Assembly (NCBI RefSeq): GCF_000281045.1
Contig: NW_008246068.1
Coordinates: forward strand, 1,331,110 to 1,395,109
Direction of reading: 5' to 3'
From: Saprolegnia diclina VS20
Lineage: Eukaryota
DNA length: 64,000 nucleotides
The translations under genes and the position numbers were made by a program. The notes beneath the pieces were generated by a model, which saw only the letters and a list, made by a program, of their open reading frames with translations, did not search any database and had not been told where the DNA came from. Below are positions 1 through 13,120 of the stretch, piece after piece; the first letter of the stretch is position 1; each line of letters begins with the position of its first letter.

Positions 1-985
1 GTAAGCGGTGCTGTGAGTTGCAATGAGAAAGCAACAATGATTCCTTCAAGGGACTTGAAGGCAGCGCGTCCGCGTCATGGAGCACGTGGCAGGAACGTTG
101 CGCTGGGTGACCAAGAGCATCATTCTTAGTAGAGACCATCATTCTTAGCTACGGCGGTCAGGATGTATCCGGATATGCACACAGAACCCGCCAATCTTTT
201 CCGGACGATGTGCTTTAGTTCCGCCAGATATTCCGCTGACGAAACGAAACCTTTCGGAGCGGCCTTTGCTCTTTCAAGGGGTCCCTGCTCGTCACGGCAA
301 GGCAGAGTGCTCCGGATAGTGGTTTTCCTCATCGTATGAGGCAGGTACTAAACTTATGGCGGCTCGTATTGCGGTGAAACTACGCCAACACGTTTGTTAG
401 TGTATGGCAAAAGAGCCTGCAAAGGTTTGTCTTGAGGCAAGCCGTGAAAGGCTTCCATTTACATGTTTGTGTGTCCAAGCATGTCTAACATTGAACGATT
501 TACTGGCTTACGAAGCGCATCCGAATTCGTTTCATGCGTTTCGAAAGACTAATCTATACAATTAAAGTGTGCGCATGCAGTGGCTACTTCATGCGCCGTG
601 AACAGTTATACTTTGAGTGCTACATGCACAGAGGCTCAAGCGCTGGTAAGCGACCGCGGAGCGCATTTTAATCAAATTTCAACAAAAAATCATCATCTGG
701 ACAGTTCGTATACGATGGTTCCTCCCGCATCATCCGCCGCAGGTTTGTATGGGCGTGACACAACCTCATCTCTTATATACCTTTGATATCCACTATCAGT
801 ACAGGCCTCCACGGTCAACCGTGCAACAACTCTCTACATATATGACGTCTCTCAAGGCACACCGTCAAGAGCTCCCCTCCAATTGTTGAAACGGCCCATC
901 TCAACCCATGACGTGGCAGCATTACAGATGAGCCAAGCGGAAAAGTGAGAAATGCATATACGCGCAGATTAATAAAGCCACAAAC

Positions 986-3900
986 TTAATGCTGCATCTG
1001 ACGCGCGACCAAGTTGGCGTAGAGACCGTTCGGGAGGTTGACCAGCTCGTCGTGCGTGCCGAGTTCGCACACCTTGCCGTCGTTNNNNNNNNNNNNNNNN
1101 NNNNNNNNNNNNNNNNNNNNNNNNNNNNNNNNNNNNNNNNNNNNNNNNNNNNNNNNNNNNNNNNNNNNNNNNNNNNNNNNNNNNNNNNNNNNNNNNNNNN
1201 NNNNNNNNNNNNNNNNNNNNNNNNNNNNNNNNNNNNNNNNNNNNNNNNNNNNNNNNNNNNNNNNNNNNNNNNNNNNNNNNNNNNNNNNNNNNNNNNNNNN
1301 NNNNNNNNNNNNNNNNNNNNNNNNNNNNNNNNNNNNNNNNNNNNNNNNNNNNNNNNNNNNNNNNNNNNNNNNNNNNNNNNNNNNNNNNNNNNNNNNNNNN
1401 NNNNNNNNNNNNNNNNNNNNNNNNNNNNNNNNNNNNNNNNNNNNNNNNNNNNNNNNNNNNNNNNNNNNNNNNNNNNNNNNNNNNNNNNNNNNNNNNNNNN
1501 NNNNNNNNNNNNNNNNNNNNNNNNNNNNNNNNNNNNNNNNNNNNNNNNNNNNNNNNNNNNNNNNNNNNNNNNNNNNNNNNNNNNNNNNNNNNNNNNNNNN
1601 NNNNNNNNNNNNNNNNNNNNNNNNNNNNNNNNNNNNNNNNNNNNNNNNNNNNNNNNNNNNNNNNNNNNNNNNNNNNNNNNNNNNNNNNNNNNNNNNNNNN
1701 NNNNNNNNNNNNNNNNNNNNNNNNNNNNNNNNNNNNNNNNNNNNNNNNNNNNNNNNNNNNNNNNNNNNNNNNNNNNNNNNNNNNNNNNNNNNNNNNNNNN
1801 NNNNNNNNNNNNNNNNNNNNNNNNNNNNNNNNNNNNNNNNNNNNNNNNNNNNNNNNNNNNNNNNNNNNNNNNNNNNNNNCTGTAGTCCTTGTAGATCTGC
1901 GAGTCGGGGCGCGAGGGATACGCAAAGGCGACGTGGCGCAATTCGAGCTCGCCCTTGACCTCGTCAAGCACAAGACCGTTCGACGCCGAGCAGTCGATGG
2001 ACGGGACGCGGTCGATGATGCCAAAGATGCTGCCGACCGCCTTCTTGGCCTTGGCCATGTCGCCAAAGCCCTGGGCCGCCATGCCGACACCAAACGACGA
2101 GAGCAAGATCGGGTTGAGCACGAGGAACATGCGTTCAAAGTCGACGTCGCCGCGGATGATGAGCCAGCCGCCAAACCAAAAGAGGAACGCCATCGCAAAG
2201 AACATGCAGCTCTGCGAGACGCCAAAGCCGACACCCGCCAAGATGCCCACCTTGTGGTCCGTGGTCGGCGAGAGCTGCAGAAAGGTCAGGTACGCTTCGT
2301 TGGTCGTCTTCTCGAGGCAGAAGGACGCGACCGTTCGGATCGAGTTGATCGCCTCCGAGAGGAGCGCGCCGGCGCGGATGTCGCCGTCGTTGACGTTCTT
2401 GCCCGTGTTGCCGCCCATCGACTGCATCTGGATGAACGCGCCAAAGCCAATGATAGGGAACACCCCGAGGAGCGCGAGCGTCATTTGCCAGCTCTGCGAA
2501 AACGCAATGCCAAAGGCAACGGCCAACGTCGAGACGTTGACGAGGACGACGTTGACCGTCTCGGCCGTCATGGTGCGGATGGCAGCCGAGTCGGTCGCGA
2601 GGCGCGTCGTCAGCGAGCCAGACGAGTGCTTCTCGTCGTCAAACCAGCCAATGTCCTGGCGCAGCATCGCCTCAAAGCACAAGCCACGAATGCGCGACGT
2701 AAAGCGCTCGCAAGCGATCGAAAACTGGTGGTTCTGGAGCGTGAGCGCCGCGCAAAAGACGACGCCGAGACCCGCAAACCCCGCGGCCCAGAGCGACGCT
2801 TCGTGCCGCATCGCGTCAGAGGTGCTGTCGAGCTTGAAGAAGAGGACCGTGCACTTGGTCAAGAGCACGCCCCAGATAGGGAAGACGGCGCCGTTGAGGA
2901 CCGCGCCAATGCCACCAAAGATAAAGTTGAGCATCTCCGGCTTGCTCAAGCTCCAGATGCGCGAGACAGGCACGTCCTTGGCGGCCTCCACGTCCGTCTC
3001 GGCGTCGCTCTCGGCATCGTCGTGCTTGGCCGACTCTTGGTGGCTCACACGCGAAAACTGGCGCGAGCGCGAGTGGAGGCGGTTGCGACCGGCCGTCACC
3101 GGCGCCGGCGAGAGCTCGTCGTCGAGGTCTTCGTCCATGTCGACCTTCTTCATCTGCGCATCAACAAGCGTCTTGTAGAGACCATGCGGCAGCTGCAGAA
3201 GCGCGTCGTGCGTGCCTTCTTCGACAACGTTGCCAGCTTCAAGCACCGCAATGCGGTCGGCATTGCGGATCGTCGAGAGACGGTGCGCAATGATGATCGT
3301 CGTCCGGTTGCCCGACGCCACCAGATGATCGAGCGACGCCTGCACAATGTGCTCGCTCTCCGTGTCGAGCGCCGACGTCGCTTCGTCCAGAATCAGAATG
3401 CTCGGGTTCTTGATGATCGCGCGGGCAATCGCAATACGTTGTTTCTACAAACATCCACGGTTTCAGATCCTCGTAGAAAGTGCAAAGTGAGAAAGGACGA
3501 CATACCTGACCGCCCGAGAGCTGCGCACCGCGGTCGCCGACTTCCGTGTCAAACCCATCGGGAAACCCCATGATAAAGTCGTACGCGTTGGCTTGCTTGG
3601 CAGCCGCAAACACCTCATCGAGCGTCGCACCCGGCTTGCCGTGGCGAATGTTGTTGGCGATCGAGTCTTGAAAGAGGCACGGCTCCTGGCCCACGAGACC
3701 GATCTGCGACCGAAGCCACTTGAGGTTGAGGTCCTTGATGTCGTGGCCGTCGAGCGTCACAGTGCCCGAGAGCGGGTCGTAGAAGCGTTCGAGGAGCGAC
3801 ACGATCGTGCTCTTGCCGCTGCCGCTGGCACCGACGAGCGCAATCTTTTGGCCTGCCGGAATGTGCAACGAGTAGCCCGCGCACACTTGGACGTTGGGCC

Positions 3901-5119
3901 GCGACGGGTACGCAAACGAAATGTTGGAGAGCGCGATCTCGCCCTGGACCGTCGGCAGGACCGTGCCGGCATCGTCCGAGCTCGCGTCGATCTTGGACTC
4001 GCGCTCGATGAGCTCAAACACATCGTAGGCCGCGGACCGGGCAGAGAACATGGCCTGCGCGCTCGGGCCGGCCTGGCCGAGCGCCATGGAGCTCATGACA
4101 ATCGAGAAGAAGACGGTGATGACGCGACCACCGTCGTAGCAGCCGCTGCCAACACACTTGTCGTTGATCTGGTCGTTCGTGATCTTGACCGCGCCGTAGT
4201 ACATGCCGACAGCGTACGTGCAGAAGACGACAAAGAACATACCACCAGTGCCAAGGCCGACCGCAAGGCCCTTCTTGACGCCGGCGACCTCGGTCTTGCG
4301 CAGGGCGGCCTTGTACTTGTCGGCCATGCGGCTCATGGCGTTGAACATGTGCACGGTGCGGATGTTGCTGAGCGACTCTTCGGCGACACCACCGGCTTCG
4401 GCGTACGACTCGATGCCGCCTTGGGTCGCCGACGCGATCGCCTTGATCATGAAGTAGCCGCTCGCAGCGATGAGCGGCGTGAACGCAAAGAGGACAAGGG
4501 CGAGTTCCCAGCCGTAGCAGAAGGCAATGATAAAGCCCGAGAGCGCCATGGTCGTAAAATTGATGCCGTCGCCAACCTTGCGGCCCATGCCTTCTTGGAT
4601 GATGAGCGTCGTGTCGGCGACGCGGGTTGCGAGCTGCATGGGTTCGTTGACGTCAAACCAGCCGACCTCCTGGCGCAGAATGGCCGACGCATAGGCGTGG
4701 CGGAGGCGCTTGGCCTGGCGCGACGCCGCGATCGACCAGCAAGCGATTTGTGCAAAGCCGCAGAGAAGCACGAGCGCGCCGAGCCAGACGAACTGGACCA
4801 CGACCTTGTTGATGCTGGTCCGGAGGTCGTCGGCGCTCAACGACGACACCTGCGACGGGTTGAACGCGTTGAGGATGTCGCCAAAGAAGATGATCTGGAT
4901 CGGCTGCGAGACGCCCGTGAACATGGCGGCGACCGTGCCGACGGCCATGAGCAACTTGTCCGTCGAGTCGGCGAACGTAAAGAGCTTGGTAAGCGAGACC
5001 ATCTTGGCCTCCTTGGCGGGCGCAGGCGAGGCGTCCGCAGCGGCGGCAGTCGCCTTGGGTGTGGCGACCTCGACAAAGTCCGTTGTCGGCTTGCCGTCAA
5101 CCTCGACTGTCTTGGACAT
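986..5119 (-). CDS. ABCB1: Full-size ABCB (MDR/P-glycoprotein) transporter, TMD-NBD-TMD-NBD; NBD2 lies mostly in the assembly gap
   Basis: Walker [10 protein letters not shown]; signature [13 protein letters not shown] split by GT-AG intron 3445-3505; [22 protein letters not shown]; second TMD. The C-terminus [22 protein letters not shown] resumes after the gap (stop 986-988). Confidence 0.95.
1085..1879. other. Assembly gap (N run)
   Basis: 795 consecutive N. Confidence 1.
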
Positions 5120-6276
5120 GGGGATTTGAAAAATAAGTTCTTATTGCTTGCGAGCTGCTAACGTCCGTCCATCACGAGTGATTATACCCGGCGGCCTGGC
5201 CCTAATCAGCGCATCGATTAGAGCCACAGCGCCAGCGCATGATACCCCAGCTGGCATCGCTTTTAATTCGACGACAAAAGAAGCATACAAACATGTAGTA
5301 CAATGTATTAAAATACAATGACGCGATCGTAGCCAATCCCGTGGCAGGATATCGCCACCGTGGTTTTGGGCCAATCAGCGCGCGCTCGTCGGCTGTCACA
5401 GCATTACTCTATTCCCACAGGATTGAATTGCATACAAACCACAAGGTAATAAAATACATACGGGATGCAAAAACAAGCGCTCGCTACGTTAAGAAACCCC
5501 GAGCTTGCTTTAAATGGCTTTCTATGCAATACCAATTGCAAGGTAGATTTCAAGCGCTTCTTGAAAAAGCAAGAAGCAAGCATTACGCTCGCGGCGGGGC
5601 GTGTGCAACAGCTTCGAAAGGCAACTTGTGGTGATCGGGTGCTGACCACCGACGAACGGCGGAGAACGCCAGAATGATGATTACGTGGCAAGCTCCACGA
5701 CGAGCGATCGTTGACGCTTGCAGTTTGCCCTTTGCCAGCCCATCAGCCCGGTCAGTTCGTAGAGACCAGGGCTTTGGTTACGTAAAGTTGGTGTCTGTGA
5801 CGAGCGTCGTAAGAGAAATGAACGCACAACGGCACTCGACCTTTTCGGGGCATGGGCTTCCCCGGCGTTCCTGTCGTTGCCGCTGCTTTTACAACTTTGG
5901 CTCTTGATTCGCGTCAACATATTTCGAGAATGATGCACATGGAGAGCGGTCTTGTCCAGAGATACTCGCAGATTCCTTGACCAACCAGGTACAACCACTT
6001 GTGGGAGCTCTTGTGGGTTGCGTCTGATGAGCTCGAATAAATCCAGATTGAGTAAACTCCTGTTATGTTATGTGGGCTCGCGTGGCAGCCGAGCGGTTGC
6101 CGGTGCGAATCTTAGCTTTACTAGCGCCCAAGAGCTGCCGGCATCGCCACACCACTTCAAACCCCGTGTACCACCACCTTTTATACTATCATTTCCCTTT
6201 CGCACTGCCCTCCAGGCACGCGAGTGCGTTTGAAACTGAGCGCATACGATGCATTTAGCGCATGTAAAAATAGGCT

Positions 6277-7061
6277 ATGCGCAGTACAAGCCGACTGCGA
6301 TGCCTCGGACTGCTGTGGCTCGTATTGGCGCAGGAGCTCGACCAAGCGAATGCGGTCGTGAGTCTGCCTAACCTCGAGTTCAACGCGGCGACGGGTCAGA
6401 ACGCGTATGCGAGCAGCTACTTCCAATTCGACCTTAACCCGGTCCTCGACACCAAGTACATTCCCAGTACTACACTCTACACGACGTGCTTATTCCTCAT
6501 GCACTGCGTAGATAATGGCATCGATGGCCTCGTCGTGCAAACGAGCTGGTGGTCGAGCGGCCGAATGAACGAGTCGGTGTTCTTCCAGGTCAATTTCACG
6601 GCCGAGTCGCCCGTCATTAGCAAAGTCATCATTCGCTGGCACGGCTACTTGGCCGCCAAAGCGTACACAATCAGCACGTCGTATTCGGGCTACAACCGCA
6701 CGTTCCTCCTCTACAACGAGGTGGACAACGCGTCGACGGTCTGGGACCGTGTCGACGTCGTCCGGCCCGCGAGCAACTCGTCCGCGCGCTTCTACTATCT
6801 GCGCGTCGACATGGTCTCGCCGGCCAGCTGCGACCCCAACAACGTGCATGGCTGCACCCGCCGGCTCGCCGACCAAGGCCCGATCTACGGCATCCGCGAA
6901 CTCGAAGTCTGGTCGGCGTCGCAGCTTTCAGGTACGTCGCCGTGATGATCCGTGCTGCAACAACTACAGCCGGGTGTGTAGGTGCGGTCGTCGCCGCGCC
7001 GTCGTCGCTGCTGCTCGCTGGCATGCTGCTATCGTTGGCAGCCTCTAGTCTAGCATTCTGA
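6277..7061 (+). CDS. Secreted, probably GPI-anchored protein with an F5/8 type C (discoidin/galactose-binding-like) domain
   Basis: N-terminal signal peptide. Motifs AYASSY..NNGIDG..SWWSS..VIIRW..AKAYTI..RFYYLRV..YGIRELEVW. Introns 6467-6511 and 6932-6981. The last exon encodes the hydrophobic tail SGAVVAAPSSLLLAGMLLSLAASSLAF*. Confidence 0.7.
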
Positions 7062-7426
7062 GTCGTCACGATCCACGACCTTTCGACCTTGCAAGCGTAT
7101 CCTTCCAGCATGGAATCCTTCCTGCATGGTCGCGTACCGTGGCTTGACGACGTCGCAGGCGGCATGGCCGCGGATACATATCAGCGCATGCACACACGCA
7201 CGTCATCGAGCAGCGCGGACGAGGCCAGCGCCAGCGCAGGGCGGGCACGAGCACCGCGCGATGCCACGTTGGATCGTCGACGCTGCCAAGATATGCTTTG
7301 CGTATCCGGATATGCAGCGTTGTTTTTTGTTGTTTTATTGTTTGCTACAAAGAGCAAGCTTGGGGTGCGTATTTAAATCCCCAAGCGACCGCGTCGTGGC
7401 CGCCTGTCGGCGCGCAGCCAACGCCC

Positions 7427-10400
7427 ATGGCCGGTCGACGACCCTCTAGAGAGCAATGTAGCATGATGCAATGGTCTGCTTCGGGGCTAGCCCTCGGCGA
7501 ACACCCTCGGACGCTGTCAACCGGGACATCCGGATACGGCGGACTGGGCCTGGCGGCTTGGATTCGCTGGCGACGGTGCGGGATACAAAGCGCAAGATAA
7601 AACTTTCAAAAGGCGCTGATTTATCGAAGGAATTCGATATTGCCGGCCGCAGCTCATCTCGTTGAAGACGCGCTGGCCGCGCGTGGACGTCAGGATTGCG
7701 CTCTACCTCAAGAAGAAGCAGGACACGTGGTGTCTCGAGGTCGCCGACAAGCCGCGGAAGCCTCCGATGCACACGTTCGTCGACGAGTCGGACGAGAGCT
7801 CGAGCAGCGACAACGCGGCCGAGCGCCAGCCATCGCGCGTGGACCGCCAGCACACACAGGTAGCGACAAAGACAAGAAACGGCAAGGCGCCGGTGCGCCC
7901 GCGCAGCGCCAGCGCGTCGACCGCCGTTCGCCAGACGCCACGCGCTGTGGCCACGCCGGCCGCGCGATCGAGCCACAGCATGGGACACCGACCCTCGCGC
8001 TGCGACCAGACGATCATCGACTTGACGGGCGCAGACGACGTCGAGATGCAGGCCGAGACGCCGTCGAGCGGGGTGAAAAACACGTCCGATCTCGCGATCG
8101 CGCCGGTTCAAGTCGTCAAGCGGCGCAAGACACAACAGCACCTGAAGACCGCTTTGGGTACCTCCCGACGATCGACGAGCGTAGTACGACGCACCGCGCT
8201 GCCGCCATCGTATGCCGCCGTTCTCCTCTTGCATTCAAGGGGCTACCAGCCGACGCCGTCCTCGGCCATCACGCACATTGTCGGTACGTCATCCTCCACG
8301 TCGCTCCTCGCACCATCTCATGATGCATGCATTGTAGATCTGTGTCTGAGCTATCTCGGCGACGCAATGCGCGTCGGCGCCGGGGCCAAGCTATGGAAGC
8401 AGCTCGCGAACGCCGACAATGCCCACAAAGTCCATGGTCAGCGCCTCGTGCATACGTGGCGCACGCTCCAAGCGTCATCATCGTCCGTCTCAATACCATC
8501 GTCGGCATCTGCACCCGTGGTCTCGACCGTCGGCAACGTTGGCTTGTGGCGCATGCCCACCAACATGGCCGAGTGTATATTTCTCGACAAGATGCGACAG
8601 ACCTTTCAGCCGTCGACGATTCGGCGCAAGCCAAGGCGCAAGCAGCCGCGGTATACGATCCAAGGCCACCACATGAAGGAGTTCAAGCCCCGGAAGCGCG
8701 CACGCACCGAACCGACGCCCAAAGCCGTCGTCGCCGTTGCCGTCGCACCGACACCGCCACCGACTGCCGTCGTTGAAGACGCAACGGACGTCGTCTGTAC
8801 CCACGCGCACGTCTCGGGGTCCAACCCGAGTCTGCCCGACGGCTGGACGTACGCGCCGCTCCCAACGCCGCTCACGCGCGTCCAGCCGCTGGCCAACTTG
8901 AGTCGCGACCAGATTGCCCTCCACGTCGAGACGTTGCGCTGCGACAGCCGGCTCACGCGGTTTCGGCGCCTCGTGCCCCTGCTCACTCGGCTCATGGAGC
9001 ACGCGCGTAACACCAAAGGCCTCTTCAACGCGCCGGTCGACCCCGTTGCGCTCGACCTGCCAACGTACAACGACATCATTGCCCGGCCGATGGACCTCGG
9101 CACGATCAAGAAGACGCTCGATGCGGGCAAGTACGTCTCACTCGACGCCTTTGCGGCCGACGTCCGGCTCGTCTTTGAGAACGCGATGCTCTTCAACGGC
9201 AAGGACCACTGGGTCCACGGGAACGCCAAGCTCTTACGCCAGTGTTTTGACGATCTCTGGGTCGCCGAGCTCGTCAAAGCCGGTGCGGACGGCGAGAAGG
9301 CCGCGGCGCACGCATGCAGCGTCTGCGCCGGGCACACGTGCGCGCTCTGTGACGACGGCTGCCTCGAGCTGACGCTGCCGCACTACCAGTGCTTTGGCAA
9401 CTGTGGCACGGTCTTTCGGAAGGGCATGAGCTACTACGTCACGCGGGACGGCACGCGCATGTGGTGCATGAAGTGCCGAAACCGCGGCATGAAGGAAGAG
9501 AAAACCAAGCGCGATGAAGACGAGGGTGGTAGTAGCAACTACCTACGCGGGGCGGCGCGCGCGCTGTGGCCGACCGCGGCTGAAATGGCGCCGCTCTTGA
9601 GCAAGAAAAAGTGCGAAGTCGACGTCGAGCCGTGGGTCCGCTGCGGCAGCTGCGATCGCTGGATGCACCAAGTGTGCGCGCTCTTCAACGCTGTCGAAGA
9701 CGCGTACGCGTCACCGCCCACGTCGTCCAGCAATGCGTTTACGTGTCCGCTGTGCGAGCTCGCGGCCAAGCAAACGTCGACGACACCGTCGATCGACTGC
9801 CGGAGTCTGCCCGAGTCGCCATTGAGTATCTTTTTGGAGCAGCGCTTGCGGGCAGCGATTCCCACCGGCGACGCCGATGCACTCTACGTACGCGAATCGA
9901 CGTTCGCGAACCACAAGTTCTTCATGCCGCCGTCGATCGTCGAGGCGTTCAAAATGAACGCTGACGCGCTCCGTGCGGCGTGTCCGGACGCGGCGTCCGA
10001 AGCGCGCGAACTCCCGGTCCGCGTCTCGTTTGCGACCAAGTCGATCTTCCTCTTCCAGAAGCAGCAAGGCGTCGACGTCTGCCTCTTTGCCATGTACGTC
10101 CAAGAGTACAACGACGACTGCGAGCTGGTCGAGAACCGCCGGAGCGCGTACCTCGCCTACATTGACAGCGTGCGGTATCTCCAGCCGCCGTCGATCCGGA
10201 CGCTGGTGTACCACCGCGTCCTCCTTGGCTACTTTGACTATGCGCGCCACCATGGCCTCGACCGTATTCACATTTGGAGTTGTCCGCCGACGCGCAGTCA
10301 GTCGTACGTCTTCTGGTGCCACCCGACCTTCCAAAAAACGCCGAGCGTCGACCACCTCCGCGCCTGGTACAAGCGAGTGCTGCAAAAAGCCCAAGACGAA

Positions 10401-11186
10401 CACATCATTGATGGCTACACGACGCTCTACGAGCGGTACCTGGCGCCGCTCCAGTCCAAGTACGCAGCCAAAGCAGCGAAAGCCCCGGAATTGCCGCCGC
10501 CGCCAACGACGCCAAGCGACAAGAGTGCAGCCATTACGACCCGCCGCGTCTCGACCAATACGCTGCTCACGGACAAGGACGAGTACCTCTGGCCGGCGCC
10601 TCTGCCGTTCTTTGACGGCGACATTGTACCGTCCGAGCTCGACCGTGTCATTCGGCAGCAAAAGTCCAAGAAGCGCAAGAAGATCTGGGCCGCCGACGCA
10701 CCGCTCTATGACGACGATGGGCTGCACCGCATGCGCGACACGTTCACGAGCTTTCTCAGTGCCATGAAGATCGTCAAGGACGATCTGCTCGTCGTCGACT
10801 TGGCGCCACCGACCGCACCGCTTGTGATACCGTCGTTGTCGTCACCGCCGCGGTCGATGATGATGCCGGCGTTCATCGGGTCGCGGTTCTCGTTTCACCA
10901 GCTCAGTCTCCGCGCGTCGTACCAGTTTGACTCGCTCCGGCGCGCCAAGCACTCGACCATGATGCTCCTCCACCACATGCTCAACGCCAGTGTGCCCCAA
11001 GTCAACGTCTTTTGCGCCGAGTGCGCACTCCTCCTGACGCACGCCGTCTACTGGCGCTGCACAACGTGTGCCGAGTACGCACTCTGCGACTGGTGCCACC
11101 TCTGTCACGGCGACCAGCACGCCCACAGGTTAGAGCGCGACGAGACGACGTCACGCGCCGACGACCACCTCTCGCTCGGCCTCTAA
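7427..11186 (+). CDS. CBP/p300-like histone acetyltransferase (bromodomain, RING/PHD, KAT11 HAT, ZZ finger); true start uncertain (7427 or later)
   Basis: Bromodomain LFNAPVDP..Y..IIARPMDLGTI..FENAMLFN; PHD EPWVRCGSCDRWMHQVC; HAT motifs LFAMYVQEY, YLAYIDSV, HIWSCPP, CHPTFQK, LRAWYKRVL; ZZ finger FCAEC..WRCTTCAEYALCDWCH. Probable in-frame intron 8284-8337. Confidence 0.9.
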
Positions 11187-11360
11187 GAACTTACTATTTT
11201 GCAGCTCGTTTGGCATCCGTGTTGCATAAGCTGGGTGCACGCAGTGTAATGAGAGGCCACACAGCCCGTCCATGCAACATGAAACGTCCTCGCGGAGCTG
11301 GCGTAGGCGCATGTGTGTCGCAGCAGCACCGAGCCAACGGCCGTGCGCAAGGACAGCTCG

Positions 11361-11801
11361 TCATGGCGCGCGAGGAATTGCTGGGGTCGGCATCGAGAGC
11401 GGAGAGAGGTGGGCAGCGAGCGTTGGCAGCTGGCGCAACGTGCCAGCACGCCAGAGGTGGAATTGTGTTGTAGCTGCCTCACCCGCAAGCCAAGCAGCGG
11501 AAAGGCTCGCCGGCGTGGAGTGGAGAGCTCAATGGTCGGTCGCGTCATTGCTGTTGCCGTTGGCGAGGACGCAGTGGTACAGTGTGCAGCGCGCCACCTG
11601 CGCCGCCTCTAGACGCAGTACCAGTACCAGTACCAGTAGTAGTATTACCGCACGGCCAACAGTACACGACCGCCAGCTCTTCAGTACCACCGACGACGGT
11701 GGCTGGCATGGCCCGGCAGCCATGCACGCGACCACGGCCTCGACGTCATCGTCACCGAGGCCAAGGTCCTCTACCATCGCCATGTCGACGAGGGCAATCA
11801 T
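11361..11801 (-). CDS. Small hypothetical 3-exon gene (tentative)
   Basis: ATG at 11801 plus two GT-AG introns gives a continuous frame MIALVDMAMVEDLG..PPSSV|RRRRW..LLGLR|LPTLAAH..PRAP*. CCAAT boxes lie upstream at 11908-11975. No recognisable domain. Confidence 0.3.
11617..11644. repeat. Short compound microsatellite (AGTACC)n(AGT)n
   Basis: cagtaccagtaccagtaccagtagtagta. Confidence 0.7.
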
Positions 11802-12061
11802 GGCGCAAGCCAGTTCTGCGCCCAAAGATGCGTGGGATGCCCGCGTCAGCGCTTCAAGGAATCTCGGCCAGCTGCGTTGGCGGCGCCCGTTTCGAAGCTA
11901 CATTTCCACCAATCAGCGTCGCGCATCGAAATTGCAGACGGTTTGATTGGGTGCGCTGCAGCCAAAGCCACCAATGAGATGCATGCCGGCCACTGTGGCG
12001 ACCTCCGACCTGGTCGAACGTGTCGCGCACGACGGCTGGCATAGCGCAATCGGACGCCGTC

Positions 12062-13037
12062 ATGGCCGCCAGACGTCTCGCCGACGATGCAGGTACCGCG
12101 TCGTCACTCAGTAGCCGCCTCACGTCTCTGCGACCGGTCGATAGCCACCACGACGCCGGCCCCAAGCGCGATCGTCGAGCTCGCGAACGCGACGGCGACG
12201 CCCTCGCCTCGTACGCTGCCTTGCGCATGAGCCGCGCCCTCACTGCTCTTCTTTATAGCGCTCACGGACGCCAACACCGGCGCCGATAGCACGACACTCA
12301 TCCTCGCCATTGTGCTCGGTGTCCTAGGCCTCGGCCTCCTCGTGGGCATGAGCCTCCTGTGGTGCAAGCGCCGGCGGCGTACCCATCGGCAGCAGGCCCA
12401 CGAAACGTACTTCAAAGCGACGACGACCAACACCAACTCGAACGAAGACGGGTACAACTATGGCCGCCGGGCTGCGCCGTATACGATGGACACGTATCCG
12501 ATCCAGCTCAGCGAGTACCAGCCATCGATGGGGACCGAGTCGGCGCCGGCCGCCGACATGTACTACGCGAGCAACGATAGCCCCGCCGTGCTACCGCCCA
12601 ACTACAGCCGGAAGATTGCGATGCGCGGGCGACCTGCCTCGTTCGCGGGCTCGGGCGTCTCGGAGGACTCGTCGATCGTGTCCAACTCGGAGCGCGAGTC
12701 CGAGACCGAGTGGACGACCAAGCTCATCAAGCTGCATCATCAGAGCACATCGTCGGCGTCGTCGTCGTCGGCCGTCTCGTCGAGCTCGTCGTCGCCGCGC
12801 GAGATTGTCATTTTGCACGACCCGAATAAGAGCATGCCACGCGAGTCGGACGGCGTTCGGTATGGTGACTCGATGTTTTCGCAGCCGTCGCTCGGCCATA
12901 CGTTTGCCCGCGGCTCTAACGCGTTCCGCGTGAGCTCCTTTAGCTACGACCTCAGTCCGTCGCTTCTCGACACGAACGGCAGCACCGTCATCATGGAGAC
13001 CACGTCCCAGACATCTCGCGAGTCGTACGATATTTAA
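12062..13037 (+). CDS. Single-pass membrane protein with a short T/P-rich ectodomain and an S-rich disordered cytoplasmic tail
   Basis: Introns 12093-12144 and 12211-12258 join MAARRLADDA|ATTTPAP..PSP|PLTDANTGADSTT to the TM segment LILAIVLGVLGLGLLVGMSLLW, followed by KRRRR. Confidence 0.65.
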
Positions 13038-13120
13038 AATAACCCGTCATCATCTATCTCGGCTTCTGTGTTGCCACGTCATCGTTCGTAGATTCTCGCA
13101 AGATATTATTCAGATGAAAA

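Noticed and set aside
126..786. Short ORFs at the window start
   Set aside because: No domain or coding bias.
922..1958. ORFs running through poly-X
   Set aside because: Artefacts of the N gap; the frame across the gap is undefined.
1933..5161. Long + strand ORFs (546 aa, 522 aa, 407 aa)
   Set aside because: Antisense shadows of the GC3-biased ABCB gene; no motifs.
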